Below are positions 54,949 to 64,000 of a DNA stretch of 64,000 bases, in pieces. A program made the position numbers and the translations under genes. Position 1 is the first letter of the stretch; every line of letters starts with the position of its first letter. Source of the stretch: Candidatus Nomurabacteria bacterium RIFCSPHIGHO2_12_FULL_42_19 (lineage in GTDB: Bacteria; Patescibacteriota; Minisyncoccia; Phycocordibacterales; UBA9973); assembly GCA_001786955.1 (NCBI GenBank), contig MFUM01000005.1, positions 24,645-88,644 of the forward strand, given 5' to 3'. Under the pieces are notes generated by a model, which searched no databases, was not told where the DNA came from, and was given only the letters and a program-made list of their open reading frames with translations.

Positions 54949-57114
54949 ATGGAACGAGACTATCCTTTAGAAAAAGTTAGAAATTTTGGAATTATCGCGC
55001 ATATTGACGCGGGCAAGACGACTACCACGGAGCGGGTGCTTTTTTATACCGGCGTCTCTCACAAAATCGGTGAAGTGCATGAAGGCGATACGGTTACCGA
55101 CTGGATGGAGCAGGAGCGAGAGCGTGGAATTACTATTACTTCCGCGGCTGTCACATGTTTTTGGACTCCAACTTACGATTTAAAAAATAAAAATTTAAAA
55201 CACCGTTTTAATATAATAGATACTCCCGGACACATTGATTTTACCGTAGAAGTGAAACGCTCCCTCCGCGTTTTGGACGGCGCGGTCGTCGTTTTTGACG
55301 GGGTAGCCGGAGTGGAGCCGCAATCCGAGACAAACTGGCGCTATGCGGATGAAGCCAAAGTTCCCCGCATTTGTTTTATTAACAAACTAGACAGAACCGG
55401 AGCTTCTTTCGAACATTCATATGCGACTATTTTGGACCGGCTCAGCAAAAAAGCCGTTCGGATGCAGATTCCCATCGGGCTTGAAGAAAAACATGAAGGA
55501 GTTATAGACCTTATGCGTATGAAGGCTTATTATTTTGAAGGAGAAATGGGTAATAAGGTAATTGAAAAAGACCTGACTGCGCAGGCAGGAATTCCGGAGA
55601 GCCTAATAGCCGAAGCGGAAAAATACCGCAGTGAGCTTATTGAAAAAATAGTTGAGACAGACGAGGCAATGATGACCGAATATTTGGAAGGTGTTATTCC
55701 AAATATGGATGTTTTAAAGAAGACTCTTCGTAAAGCCGTCATCAATAATGAAATTTTTCCGGTCTTTGCCGGCTCGGCGCTGAAGAACAAAGGCGTCCAG
55801 CTTGTGCTTGATGCTGTCGTTGACTATTTGCCGGCCCCAACGGATATTCCGCCGATTCCGGGCATTAATCCGGGTACCGAAGAACCTTTGGAACGTCATG
55901 CTTCTGATTCAGAACCGTTTGCAGCATTGGCTTTCAAAGTGGCGACCGATCCATTCGTCGGACAGATTATTTTTTTCCGCGTTTACTCCGGGAGCTTGAT
56001 GGCCGGGTCTTATGTCTATAATCCACGCACGCGCAACAAAGAACGCATCGGCCGGATTCTCCGGATGCATGCCAATGACCGCGAAGAGGTGAAACAGGTT
56101 TTTGCCGGAGAAATCGCGGCGGCCGTGGGATTGAAAGATACGATTACCTCCGATACTATTTGCGATGAGAACAATCCGATTGAATTGAATAGAATTGTTT
56201 TTCCCGAGCCGGTCATATCGCTGAGAATTGAGCCGAAAACCAAAGCTGACCAGGAAAAAATGGGCATGGCTTTGAACCGCCTGGCCCAGGAAGACCCTAC
56301 TTTCAAAGTAACCACTGACCAGGAAACGGGAGAAACAATTATCGCCGGAATGGGAGAATTACATTTGGAAATTATTGTGGACCGTATGAAGCGCGAGTTT
56401 ACTGTGGAAGCGAATGTCGGTAAGCCACAGGTCGCATACCGCGAGACCATCACCGGCACATCGGAAGCGGAAGGAAAATACATCAAGCAGTCGGGCGGAC
56501 GCGGAAACTACGGGCACGTAAAAATTAAAGTAAAGCCGATGGAAATGCTGACCAAGGAAGAACTGGAAGACTTGCCGAAAAACACGAAAAGATCCGCGGG
56601 TTTTGAATTCGTCAACAGCATTAGAGGAGGCGTAATCCCGCAGGAATATATCGCGCCCTGTGAAAAAGGATTCAAAGAAGGGCTAGACCGCGGGGTTTTG
56701 GCCGGATTTAAAATAGTAAATGTATCGGTAGATCTTTGGGACGGAAGCTATCACGAAGTTGACTCCAATGAAATGGCTTTCAAAATTGCCGCTTCAATGG
56801 CAATTCAGGATGCCTGCCGTCGCGCCAATCCGATGATTTTAGAACCGATGATGAAAGTGGAAGTTGTCACGCCGGATAAATTTATGGGAGATGTTACCGG
56901 GAATCTTTCTTCCAAGCGTGCCCTAATTGAGGGAATGGAAGACCGCGGAATGAATAAAGTTATTAAAGCGATTGTGCCTCTTTCTGAAATGTTTGGTTAT
57001 ATGACCGGACTGCGTTCTATGACCGAAGGCCGCGCGTCCTTCACGATGGAATTCTTTAGATACGATATTGTGCCAAACAATGTCGCGGAGACTATTATTG
57101 CTGCCAGAAAATAG
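54949..57114 (+). CDS. fusA: elongation factor G
   Basis: [17 protein letters not shown], full five-domain length. Confidence 0.95.
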   Translation: MERDYPLEKVRNFGIIAHIDAGKTTTTERVLFYTGVSHKIGEVHEGDTVTDWMEQERERGITITSAAVTCFWTPTYDLKNKNLKHRFNIIDTPGHIDFTVEVKRSLRVLDGAVVVFDGVAGVEPQSETNWRYADEAKVPRICFINKLDRTGASFEHSYATILDRLSKKAVRMQIPIGLEEKHEGVIDLMRMKAYYFEGEMGNKVIEKDLTAQAGIPESLIAEAEKYRSELIEKIVETDEAMMTEYLEGVIPNMDVLKKTLRKAVINNEIFPVFAGSALKNKGVQLVLDAVVDYLPAPTDIPPIPGINPGTEEPLERHASDSEPFAALAFKVATDPFVGQIIFFRVYSGSLMAGSYVYNPRTRNKERIGRILRMHANDREEVKQVFAGEIAAAVGLKDTITSDTICDENNPIELNRIVFPEPVISLRIEPKTKADQEKMGMALNRLAQEDPTFKVTTDQETGETIIAGMGELHLEIIVDRMKREFTVEANVGKPQVAYRETITGTSEAEGKYIKQSGGRGNYGHVKIKVKPMEMLTKEELEDLPKNTKRSAGFEFVNSIRGGVIPQEYIAPCEKGFKEGLDRGVLAGFKIVNVSVDLWDGSYHEVDSNEMAFKIAASMAIQDACRRANPMILEPMMKVEVVTPDKFMGDVTGNLSSKRALIEGMEDRGMNKVIKAIVPLSEMFGYMTGLRSMTEGRASFTMEFFRYDIVPNNVAETIIAARK

Positions 57115-57119
57115 AAATT

Positions 57120-57214
57120 AGAACAATGATTTTAAGGGGTTTTGAGCGCGACGGCGCGAAAACTTCAGGATTTTTTAAGCTTCAAAAAATCCGTACCGGC
57201 AAAATCATTGTTCT
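57120..57214. repeat. Stem-loop element. 14-bp A/T-rich inverted repeat (AGAACAATGATTTT / AAAATCATTGTTCT) enclosing the conserved 71-nt core on the minus strand (57130-57200). Copy 2 of 2
   Basis: The reverse complement of 57130-57200 aligns gaplessly with 4970-5040. Confidence 0.85.
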
Positions 57215-57254
57215 GAATTTCTATTCAGCTAATTTTTTGCTAGTATTATGAATA

Positions 57255-58343
57255 ATGCTTCACACCCCCTTTTACGACCCGGGAAAAACCTACGAAGAAA
57301 ACTTTGAACAAGGGCCTTTTGGCGCTTTTGCCAACAAAGAAAGGGAAAATGTCCAGAGTTCGACTCTTGACACTAGCGGGCCGAGGTATGATTTTCTTGG
57401 TTTTAAAGTAAATTCACCTTTTGGTATTCCGGCCGGACCGCTAATTAATGGAAATTTTGTAAAGGCGGCACTCGAAAAAGGTTTCGATATTGTCACTTAC
57501 AAAACAGTCCGCAGTAGAAAATATCCCTGCCATCCATGGCCAAATGTTATGTCTGTAAAAGTTGATGGAGATTTAACTTTAGAAAAAGCACAAGGGACGC
57601 TAGTGGCAGATAGAAATTATCATGAACCACTTTCTATCACCAACTCTTTTGGTGTGCCGTCACGCGAGTCAGAATTTTGGCAAAAAGACTTGAGTAATGC
57701 TGTGTTATATGCCCATACCGGGCAAATTGTCGTCGGTGCTTTTCAAGGTACAAAAAAAGAAGAACAGAGTGTGGAAGAATATATAAATGATTATGCTATG
57801 GTTGCAAGGCTTATGAAAGAAACAAATGTGTCGGTTATTGAAGTAAATTTAAGTTGCCCAAATGAAGGCACCAATAATTTACTTTGTTATGACACAGAGC
57901 GAAGTGTGAAAGTGGCTCGTGTAATCAAAAAAGTAATAGAAAATACTCCTCTTATTATAAAAATTGGATATTTTAAAGACGATGAGGCATTGAAAAGTTT
58001 TGTAAAAGAAATTGGCTCTGTCGTGCAAGGTATTTCTGCCATCAATACTATTGCTGCAGAAATTGTGGATGAAAATGGCAATCAGGCGCTTCCGGGAGAG
58101 GGAAGATTAAAAAGCGGGGTCTGTGGTCACGCCATCAAATGGGCGGGGCTCAATATGGTCCGGAAATTAAAAAAATTGCGCGAAAAATTTAATTATAATT
58201 TCCAAATTATCGGTGTTGGGGGAGTAACCACGGCGGATGATTTCTTTGAATACCGCGAGGCCGGAGCGGATTTTGTAATGTCGGCGACCGGAGCAATGTG
58301 GAACCCTTATCTTGCCAAAGAGATAAAGGAAAGGTTAGGATAA
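57255..58343 (+). CDS. pyrD: dihydroorotate dehydrogenase-like TIM-barrel flavoenzyme
   Basis: NLSCPN motif, GIPAGP, context with pyrE and pyrF. Confidence 0.7.
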   Translation: MLHTPFYDPGKTYEENFEQGPFGAFANKERENVQSSTLDTSGPRYDFLGFKVNSPFGIPAGPLINGNFVKAALEKGFDIVTYKTVRSRKYPCHPWPNVMSVKVDGDLTLEKAQGTLVADRNYHEPLSITNSFGVPSRESEFWQKDLSNAVLYAHTGQIVVGAFQGTKKEEQSVEEYINDYAMVARLMKETNVSVIEVNLSCPNEGTNNLLCYDTERSVKVARVIKKVIENTPLIIKIGYFKDDEALKSFVKEIGSVVQGISAINTIAAEIVDENGNQALPGEGRLKSGVCGHAIKWAGLNMVRKLKKLREKFNYNFQIIGVGGVTTADDFFEYREAGADFVMSATGAMWNPYLAKEIKERLG

Positions 58344-58347
58344 ATTT

Positions 58348-59001
58348 ATGAAAGAAGTTTTGAATATTTTGAAAAGTGTCGGAGCTATAATTACCAATAG
58401 TCATTTGGTGGGTACCTCCGGGAATCATATGCCAGCCTATATTAATAAGGATGCACTTCTACCCCACACAGAATATGTATCAGAGGTCGGAAAATTATTT
58501 GCTCAGAAATTTAAAAATAAAAATATTGAAGTTGTTATTTCTCCGGCCGTTGCCGGGATTCCATTTTCCCAATGGACAGCATATCATTTAAGTAAAATTT
58601 CCAAAAAGGAAGTTTTAAGCATTTTTACCGAAAAAACTCTTGAAAATAATCAGATATTTAAACGAGGTTATGACATAATGGTTAAAGATAAGCGTGTGCT
58701 TGTCGTTGAAGACACAACGACAACAGGTGGTTCAGTAAAAAAAGTAATCAATAGTGTAAGAAAGGCCGGAGGTAAAGTGATTGCTGCCGGTGTCATGATA
58801 AACCGAGATCCAAAATTAGTAAATTCCAAAAGCATCGGAGTTCCATTTTTCGCGCTTGGGATTTTTAAAATTCCATCATACAAAGAGAAGAATTGTCCAT
58901 TATGTAAAGCTAGAGTCCCTATAAATACAAAATTTGGCCATGGGAAAAAGTTTTTAGCCTCGTCCATAGGTCGGGCTATGACCAAGGGAATCAAAAAATA
59001 A
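58348..59001 (+). CDS. pyrE: orotate phosphoribosyltransferase
   Basis: PRPP motif VLVVEDTTTTGGS. Confidence 0.85.
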   Translation: MKEVLNILKSVGAIITNSHLVGTSGNHMPAYINKDALLPHTEYVSEVGKLFAQKFKNKNIEVVISPAVAGIPFSQWTAYHLSKISKKEVLSIFTEKTLENNQIFKRGYDIMVKDKRVLVVEDTTTTGGSVKKVINSVRKAGGKVIAAGVMINRDPKLVNSKSIGVPFFALGIFKIPSYKEKNCPLCKARVPINTKFGHGKKFLASSIGRAMTKGIKK

Positions 59002-59037
59002 ATACGTATTCGAATACGTATTTAAATACGTATATCC
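59002..59037. promoter_or_regulatory. three tandem 12-bp units each containing the perfect palindrome ATACGTAT. Candidate operator in the pyrE-pyrF spacer
   Basis: AATACGTATTCG AATACGTATTTA AATACGTATATC, phased every 12 bp. Confidence 0.5.
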
Positions 59038-59042
59038 AAATC

Positions 59043-59864
59043 ATGATTATAGACAAATACAACCAAAGAGCCAAAGAAATAAATTCACTGCTTTGTGTTG
59101 GTTTGGATGCGGATTTTGAGAAAATACCCGACCGGTTTTTGACCGACGAAATGCCGCAATTCTCTTTTAATAAATATATTATTGAGGAAACGCATGAATA
59201 CGCCGCCGCTTTCAAAATGAATATCGCTTTCTATGAAGCGCGCGGGGACCAGGGATTAAAAGAGCTAAAAGAAACAATGGAATATCTTCAAAAAAATTAC
59301 CCTGACATCTTTCTAATTTGTGATTGCAAGCGCGCGGATATCGGCAATACCAATCAGGGCTATGTGGATGAACTTTTTGACTGGTTTGGTTTTGATGCAA
59401 TTACTATTCATCCTTATCTAGGCGGCGAAGCATTGCAGCCATTTTTAAACAGAAAAGATAAAGGTTGTATTATTTTATGCCGAACATCAAATCCGGGCGC
59501 GGGAGAATTACAGGACTTAATGGTAAGCAACCCGCCTTCACAAAGTTTCGGCGAGGCGAGGCCGCTTTGGCAGATTGTGGCAGAAAAAGTTTCTAAGGAT
59601 TGGAACAAGAATGATAATTGCCTACTAGTCGTCGGCGCGACCTATCCGGAAGAAATGAAAAAAATCAGGAATCTTGTCGGCGAAATGACTTTTTTGGTTC
59701 CCGGCATAGGTGTGCAAGGCGGGGATATAAAATCCGTGCTAGAAGCCGGGCTAAATAGCCAAGGCCTCGGGCTTATCATCAATTCTTCCCGCAGCATAAT
59801 TTTCTCCGAAAATCCCAAAAAGGAAGCCCAGAAACTCTGCGAGGAGATAAGAAAATATAAGTAA
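59043..59864 (+). CDS. pyrF: orotidine-5'-phosphate decarboxylase (type 2)
   Basis: LCVGLDAD, KRADIGNT. Long-form PyrF. Confidence 0.85.
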   Translation: MIIDKYNQRAKEINSLLCVGLDADFEKIPDRFLTDEMPQFSFNKYIIEETHEYAAAFKMNIAFYEARGDQGLKELKETMEYLQKNYPDIFLICDCKRADIGNTNQGYVDELFDWFGFDAITIHPYLGGEALQPFLNRKDKGCIILCRTSNPGAGELQDLMVSNPPSQSFGEARPLWQIVAEKVSKDWNKNDNCLLVVGATYPEEMKKIRNLVGEMTFLVPGIGVQGGDIKSVLEAGLNSQGLGLIINSSRSIIFSENPKKEAQKLCEEIRKYK

Positions 59865-60092
59865 ATGCGATATAATTCTTTTATGGATGAAGGCTTAAGA
59901 AAAAAAGAGAAAGCGACAGATATGGAATTAGCATTATTCCTGATTAAACATATTAATGATCCCTGTGAGGATTTGGAGGGAAATAATATCAGAGATTTTT
60001 ATATAAGAGAAGCCAAAAAAGCATTACCAACCATACAAGACGCAGAAGCAAAAAGACTCCTTGAGGAAATTATACAGGAATATTCCGTTTGA
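59865..60092 (+). CDS. hypothetical small protein
   Basis: 75-aa ORF, start overlaps the pyrF stop. Confidence 0.3.
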   Translation: MRYNSFMDEGLRKKEKATDMELALFLIKHINDPCEDLEGNNIRDFYIREAKKALPTIQDAEAKRLLEEIIQEYSV

Positions 60093-60124
60093 CAACATTT
60101 TTTAATCTGCTATTATATTCCTAA

Positions 60125-60142
60125 GGCCCTTTCGGGTCTTTT
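60125..60142 (+). terminator. rho-independent terminator GGCCCTTTCGGGTCTTTT
   Basis: Short GC stem with tetraloop plus T tract. Confidence 0.6.
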
Positions 60143-60241
60143 GTATTGATTTTTTATTATTAGTTATTAATTATCGTTAGTAATTAGGCCTTAGCGACTG
60201 GTTCTCGTACGTTGAGTCTTAACTATTAGCCCAAAATTTAT

Positions 60242-61435
60242 ATGGCAGAAGAATTTAAGAGAGATAAGCCGCATATCAATGTCGGCACCATCGGTCACGT
60301 TGACCATGGAAAGACCACTTTGACCGCTGCAATCTTGCACGTGTTGAATATGGCCGGAAAAACAGTCAGGCTCCGCGGGGTTGATCAGATTGATAACGCT
60401 CCCGAAGAAAAAGCCCGGGGAATTACCATTAACATTTCCCACAACGAGTACGCGACCGATGCCCGCCACTATGCGCACATCGATGCTCCCGGACACGCGG
60501 ATTACATCAAAAATATGATTACCGGTGCCGCTCAGATGGACGGCGCTATTCTTGTAGTTGCGGCGACTGACGGCGCGATGCCTCAGACCCGCGAACACGT
60601 TCTTCTTGCGAAACAAGTCGGCGTGCCAAAAATGATTGTTTTCCTGAACAAATGCGATATGGTTGAAGATAAAGACATGATTGATCTCGTTGAAGAAGAA
60701 ATCCGCGAACTTCTGACCAAGCAGGGATTTGACGGGAAAGACGCTCCGGTTATCCGCGGTTCCGCGCTTAAAGCTCTTGAATCAAAATCTCTTGATGATG
60801 AATGGGCCAAGAAAATTCTTGAACTTGTCAACGCCCTTGATACCTACATCCCGATTCCGGAGCGAGACATCAAGAAGCCTTTCCTTATGCCGGTTGAAGA
60901 CATCTTCTCAATTGAGGGCCGAGGCACAGTTGTGACTGGCAAGATCGAAAGAGGATTGGTAAAAGTTGGCGAGGAAGTGGAAGTTGTCGGGATTAAACCA
61001 ACTCAAAAAACAACCGTTACCGGAATTGAAATGTTCAACAAAAATCTGCAGGAAGGTATGGCTGGCGACAATGCCGGCGTTCTTCTCCGGGGTTTGAAAA
61101 AAGAGGACATTACTCGTGGGCAGGTTCTGGCAAAACCGGGGACAGTTACCCCGCATGATAATTTTACTTGCGAAATATACGTTTTGAAAAAAGAAGAAGG
61201 CGGGCGCCACACCCCGTTCTTCAAGGGCTATAAGCCTCAGTTCTATATTCGCACAACGGATGTGACTGGCGACGTGACTCTTGCCGAAGGCACGGAAATG
61301 GTTATGCCGGGGGATACAGTTAAAATTACGGTTAAATTAGTTACTCCGGTTGCGCTGGAGGAGTCCCAAAGATTCGCTGTCCGCGAAGGGGGCAAGACTG
61401 TCGGTGCGGGAGTCGTTACAAAGATTTTGGGGTAG
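60242..61435 (+). CDS. tuf: elongation factor Tu
   Basis: [22 protein letters not shown]. Confidence 0.95.
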   Translation: MAEEFKRDKPHINVGTIGHVDHGKTTLTAAILHVLNMAGKTVRLRGVDQIDNAPEEKARGITINISHNEYATDARHYAHIDAPGHADYIKNMITGAAQMDGAILVVAATDGAMPQTREHVLLAKQVGVPKMIVFLNKCDMVEDKDMIDLVEEEIRELLTKQGFDGKDAPVIRGSALKALESKSLDDEWAKKILELVNALDTYIPIPERDIKKPFLMPVEDIFSIEGRGTVVTGKIERGLVKVGEEVEVVGIKPTQKTTVTGIEMFNKNLQEGMAGDNAGVLLRGLKKEDITRGQVLAKPGTVTPHDNFTCEIYVLKKEEGGRHTPFFKGYKPQFYIRTTDVTGDVTLAEGTEMVMPGDTVKITVKLVTPVALEESQRFAVREGGKTVGAGVVTKILG

Positions 61436-61532
61436 CCCAAAATCTTTGAGTGACTAGTGTCTAGGTGCTGGTGACCAGTGAAGTTCATTAAAAATCTAAA
61501 AGCTAGAACCTACAAACTAGAACCTAATTCAA

Positions 61533-61976
61533 ATGACAACAACAGAGACAAAAATAAAAAAGCCGAAAGTGGTAAAAAAAACGGCAGTGACGAAGACCAC
61601 AAAAATAGCTAAAAAATCCAAAGTTTCTCCCAAAAAAGAGAAATCTGTCCATATAAGCGGGAGCGACAGTAAAGTAGTTCTCCGCATCCGGGTTCGCGCT
61701 TACGAGAGCAAGATTTTGGATGCTTCCATTAAACAGATTATGGATACCGCTATGCGTTATGATGCCGTAATTGTGGGTCCTGTGCCATTGCCGACCGAAA
61801 TAAAAAAATACACAGTCAACCGTTCTCCTTTCATTTATAAAAATACGCGGGAACAGTTTGAAATAAGAGTGCATAAACGGTTGATTGACATTATAAATCC
61901 GAATGCTAAGACCGTTGAAGCCCTGACTAATCTTTCGCTTCCTTCCGGAGTCGATATTGACGTGAAAATGATGTAG
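61533..61976 (+). CDS. rpsJ: 30S ribosomal protein S10 with a ~47-aa Lys-rich N-terminal extension
   Basis: S10 core (LRIRVRAYESKILDAS...GPVPLPT). Confidence 0.85.
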   Translation: MTTTETKIKKPKVVKKTAVTKTTKIAKKSKVSPKKEKSVHISGSDSKVVLRIRVRAYESKILDASIKQIMDTAMRYDAVIVGPVPLPTEIKKYTVNRSPFIYKNTREQFEIRVHKRLIDIINPNAKTVEALTNLSLPSGVDIDVKMM

Positions 61977-61979
61977 ATT

Positions 61980-62594
61980 ATGAAATTCATACTTGGGACA
62001 AAAGAAAATATGACGGAATATTTTTCCGAAGATGGCGTTGTCATTCCGGTAACAATACTTTCGGCGGGACCCGTGACGGTAACAAGGATTTTTGAAAAAT
62101 CCAAAGACGGCTATGATTCCGTTCAGGTTGGTTTCGGTGCGCAAAAAAAAGAAAGAATCACAAAATCCCGCGCCGGAGCGATGAAGGGCGCTTTCTACAA
62201 AAATCTTAAAGAGTTCAGGCTCAAATCCGGAGATAAAATAGACGTTAAAGAAGGCGCCAGTATTGATGTTTCAGTCTTTGTTCCCGGCGACAAGATAGAA
62301 GTTTCCAGTATTTCCAAAGGCAAAGGCTTTCAAGGTGTCGTGAAGCGTCACGGCTTTCATGGCGGCCCGCGCACTCACGGCCAAAAGCATTCGGAACGGG
62401 AACCCGGAAGCATCGGCGGAGGTCTGCGGACTCATGTACCGAAGGGGATGAGAATGGCGGGCAGAATGGGCTCCGACCGCATCACTCAGAAAAATCTGCA
62501 AGTTGTTTTAGTGGATAAGGAAAATAATTTAATGCTGGTTAAAGGAGCAATCGCCGGCCGGCGTGGGACTTTGGTGGAAGTAATAAGCAGATGA
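61980..62594 (+). CDS. rplC: 50S ribosomal protein L3
   Basis: L3 signature (KGKGFQGVVKRHGF). Confidence 0.9.
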   Translation: MKFILGTKENMTEYFSEDGVVIPVTILSAGPVTVTRIFEKSKDGYDSVQVGFGAQKKERITKSRAGAMKGAFYKNLKEFRLKSGDKIDVKEGASIDVSVFVPGDKIEVSSISKGKGFQGVVKRHGFHGGPRTHGQKHSEREPGSIGGGLRTHVPKGMRMAGRMGSDRITQKNLQVVLVDKENNLMLVKGAIAGRRGTLVEVISR

Positions 62595-62597
62595 TAG

Positions 62598-62661
62598 CAT
62601 TTTGCTTTTTGTAATTTTTTAGCCCTACGACGGTCTTCAAAAATCACAAAAAGCAAAATGA
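62598..62661 (+). other. intercistronic hairpin with a ~21-bp A/U stem and the conserved loop UUAGCCCUACGACGGUCUUCAA, between rplC and rplD
   Basis: The stem is locus-specific. The loop is 21/22 identical to the rplD-rplW hairpin. Confidence 0.8.
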
Positions 62662-63335
62662 TATCAGAAAAATTCATGGAAGCAAAAATATACAATCAAA
62701 AAGGAACCGAGACCGGAAAAATAAATCTTCCGGTAAAAGTTTTCGGCGCCAAATGGCGGACGGACTTGGTGCACCAAGTCGTGGAAGGAATGCGCAGCAA
62801 CAAGCGTGCCGGCACGGCAGACACCAAAGACCGCGGAGAAGTGCGCGGCGGAGGCAGGAAGCCCTGGAAACAGAAGGGAACCGGACGCGCGCGGCATGGG
62901 TCCTCTCGAAGCCCGATTTGGGTTGGCGGAGGTGTAACACACGGCCCATTGGCGGAGAAAAATTACAAGAGAAAAATCTCAAAAAAGATGCGCGCACAGG
63001 CTCTTTTCTCTGTCCTCTCCAAGAAGCTGAAAGACGGAGAAGTCATTTTTATCGATACGCTTATTTTGCCTGAAATGAAGACCCAAAAAGCCCTTGATGT
63101 TATGAAAAATTTGGCAAAAGCAACGGGATTAAAGCCATTTGCCGCATCAAAAAAATCCCGAATTCTCACAGCGCTCTTCGGGCGCAGTGAAAAAGCGGAA
63201 AAAAGCTTCAGGAACTTGCCCCAGCTGGAAATAGTTTTCCTGAAAAACCTGAACCCAATGGACGTGCTTAATCATCAATACCTTTTAATAGAAAATCCCG
63301 CCGAGGCAGTAAAATTTTTAGAATCCAGAGGGTAG
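62658..63335 (+). CDS. rplD: 50S ribosomal protein L4
   Basis: L4 family. The start may be the ATG at 62676 (MEAKIYNQ). Confidence 0.9.
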   Translation: MISEKFMEAKIYNQKGTETGKINLPVKVFGAKWRTDLVHQVVEGMRSNKRAGTADTKDRGEVRGGGRKPWKQKGTGRARHGSSRSPIWVGGGVTHGPLAEKNYKRKISKKMRAQALFSVLSKKLKDGEVIFIDTLILPEMKTQKALDVMKNLAKATGLKPFAASKKSRILTALFGRSEKAEKSFRNLPQLEIVFLKNLNPMDVLNHQYLLIENPAEAVKFLESRG

Positions 63336-63402
63336 TTTTTCGTTCTTTATAATTTTTTAGCCCTACTACGGTCTTCAAAAATTACAAAGAACGAAAAACT
63401 AT
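63333..63402 (+). other. intercistronic hairpin with a ~22-bp A/U stem and the conserved loop UUAGCCCUACUACGGUCUUCAA, between rplD and rplW
   Basis: Same architecture as the hairpin at 62598-62661. Confidence 0.8.
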
Positions 63403-63409
63403 AAAAATC

Positions 63410-63679
63410 ATGAAAACAATTATTAAAAATCCAAGAGTTACAGAAAAAGCATCTTTTGCTGCCGAGCAGAATGTTTATATTTTTGATGTTGCGCAATCCG
63501 CCAATAAGACAGAAATCAAGAAAGCTGTTTTTATGCTTTACAAGGTAAAGCCGGTAAAAGTGAATGTTCTAAGTATTCCAAGGAAAAATATTATGTCAAA
63601 AGGCAAGGCTGGAGTGAAAGGCGGAGGCAGAAAAGCACTTGTTTATTTAAAAAAGGGTGACAAAATAGAATTTATATAA
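63410..63679 (+). CDS. rplW: 50S ribosomal protein L23
   Basis: L23 family (TEKASFAAEQNVYIFDVAQSANKTEIKKAV). Confidence 0.9.
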   Translation: MKTIIKNPRVTEKASFAAEQNVYIFDVAQSANKTEIKKAVFMLYKVKPVKVNVLSIPRKNIMSKGKAGVKGGGRKALVYLKKGDKIEFI

Positions 63680-64000
63680 TGAAAACATATAAACCGACAA
63701 GCAAATCAAGAAGACAAATGACCAATGTGAGCTACAGGGGAGTTTTGACGACTTCAAAACCCGTCAAATCTCTTACCTATGGCTTCAGGCGCAGTGTTGG
63801 CCGCAATAGCCAGGGGCGCATCACCATGAGGCATAAGGGCAGTGGGCACAAGCGTCTTTTCCGCGAAGTTGATTTTTTGTATGACAAAAAAGAAATTCCG
63901 GCAAAAATAAAGTCGGTTGAATACGATCCGAATCGCTCGGCTTTTATCGGGTTGGCCGTTTATCGGGATGGAGAAAAAAGATATGTGGTATTACCAAAAT
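63679..64000 (+). CDS. rplB: 50S ribosomal protein L2, N-terminal part (3' end outside window)
   Basis: MKTYKPTSKSRR...GRNSQGRIT..., typical of the L2 N-terminus. ATG overlaps the rplW stop. Confidence 0.85.
   Translation, partial: MKTYKPTSKSRRQMTNVSYRGVLTTSKPVKSLTYGFRRSVGRNSQGRITMRHKGSGHKRLFREVDFLYDKKEIPAKIKSVEYDPNRSAFIGLAVYRDGEKRYVVLPK

Overview
This is an AT-rich, compact bacterial window with a Patescibacteria/CPR-like gene set: ribosomal proteins with extensions, nucleotide salvage, a PilMNO type IV pilus module, and few biosynthetic genes.

Conserved core genes include the polA 3' end, an ICMT-like methyltransferase, holA-like, fpg, ruvA, rpsT, csp, a MacA/MacB-like ABC efflux trio, a PAS/GAF histidine kinase with a receiver, ruvX, pilMNO, rplS, tsaC, mntH, murB, an FKBP isomerase, secE-nusG-rplK, a thyA/folA/dCMP-deaminase/MazG salvage cluster, a DEAD-box helicase, and rpsL-rpsG-fusA-[pyrD-pyrE-pyrF]-tuf-rpsJ-rplC-rplD-rplW-rplB.

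Seven tRNAs were read by hand: Lys-TTT, Arg-GCG, Ser-TGA, Val-TAC, Arg-TCT, Leu-GAG and His-GTG.

A roughly 16-kb accessory island (about 21.77-37.76 kb) sits next to tRNA-Val/tRNA-Arg. It carries a large serine recombinase, an MmeI-like type IIG restriction-modification enzyme co-transcribed with a KAP P-loop NTPase, a ParB-methyltransferase fusion, GIY-YIG and PD-(D/E)xK-like nucleases, and a 720-bp ORF-free structured region. Near-identical GC-rich 12-14-nt direct repeats lie at its two edges.

Several non-coding features stand out:
- A conserved 71-nt structured element occurs twice in opposite orientations (4970-5040 and 57130-57200). Each copy is nested inside locus-specific A/T-rich inverted repeats that abut stop codons, and an internal GC hairpin shows compensatory changes between copies.
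- Two hairpins in the S10 operon share a conserved 22-nt loop but have covarying stems of about 22 bp.
- Tandem copies of a truncated tRNA 5' end precede both tRNA-Lys and tRNA-Val, and both loci share an identical 21-nt motif.
- A GC-rich, in-frame palindrome lies inside fpg.
- A triple ATACGTAT palindrome lies between pyrE and pyrF.
- A GC-rich 340-bp patch holds a small Cys-rich ORF with atypical codon usage.
- Extended -10 elements (TGGTATAAT) sit immediately before start codons, suggesting leaderless mRNAs.
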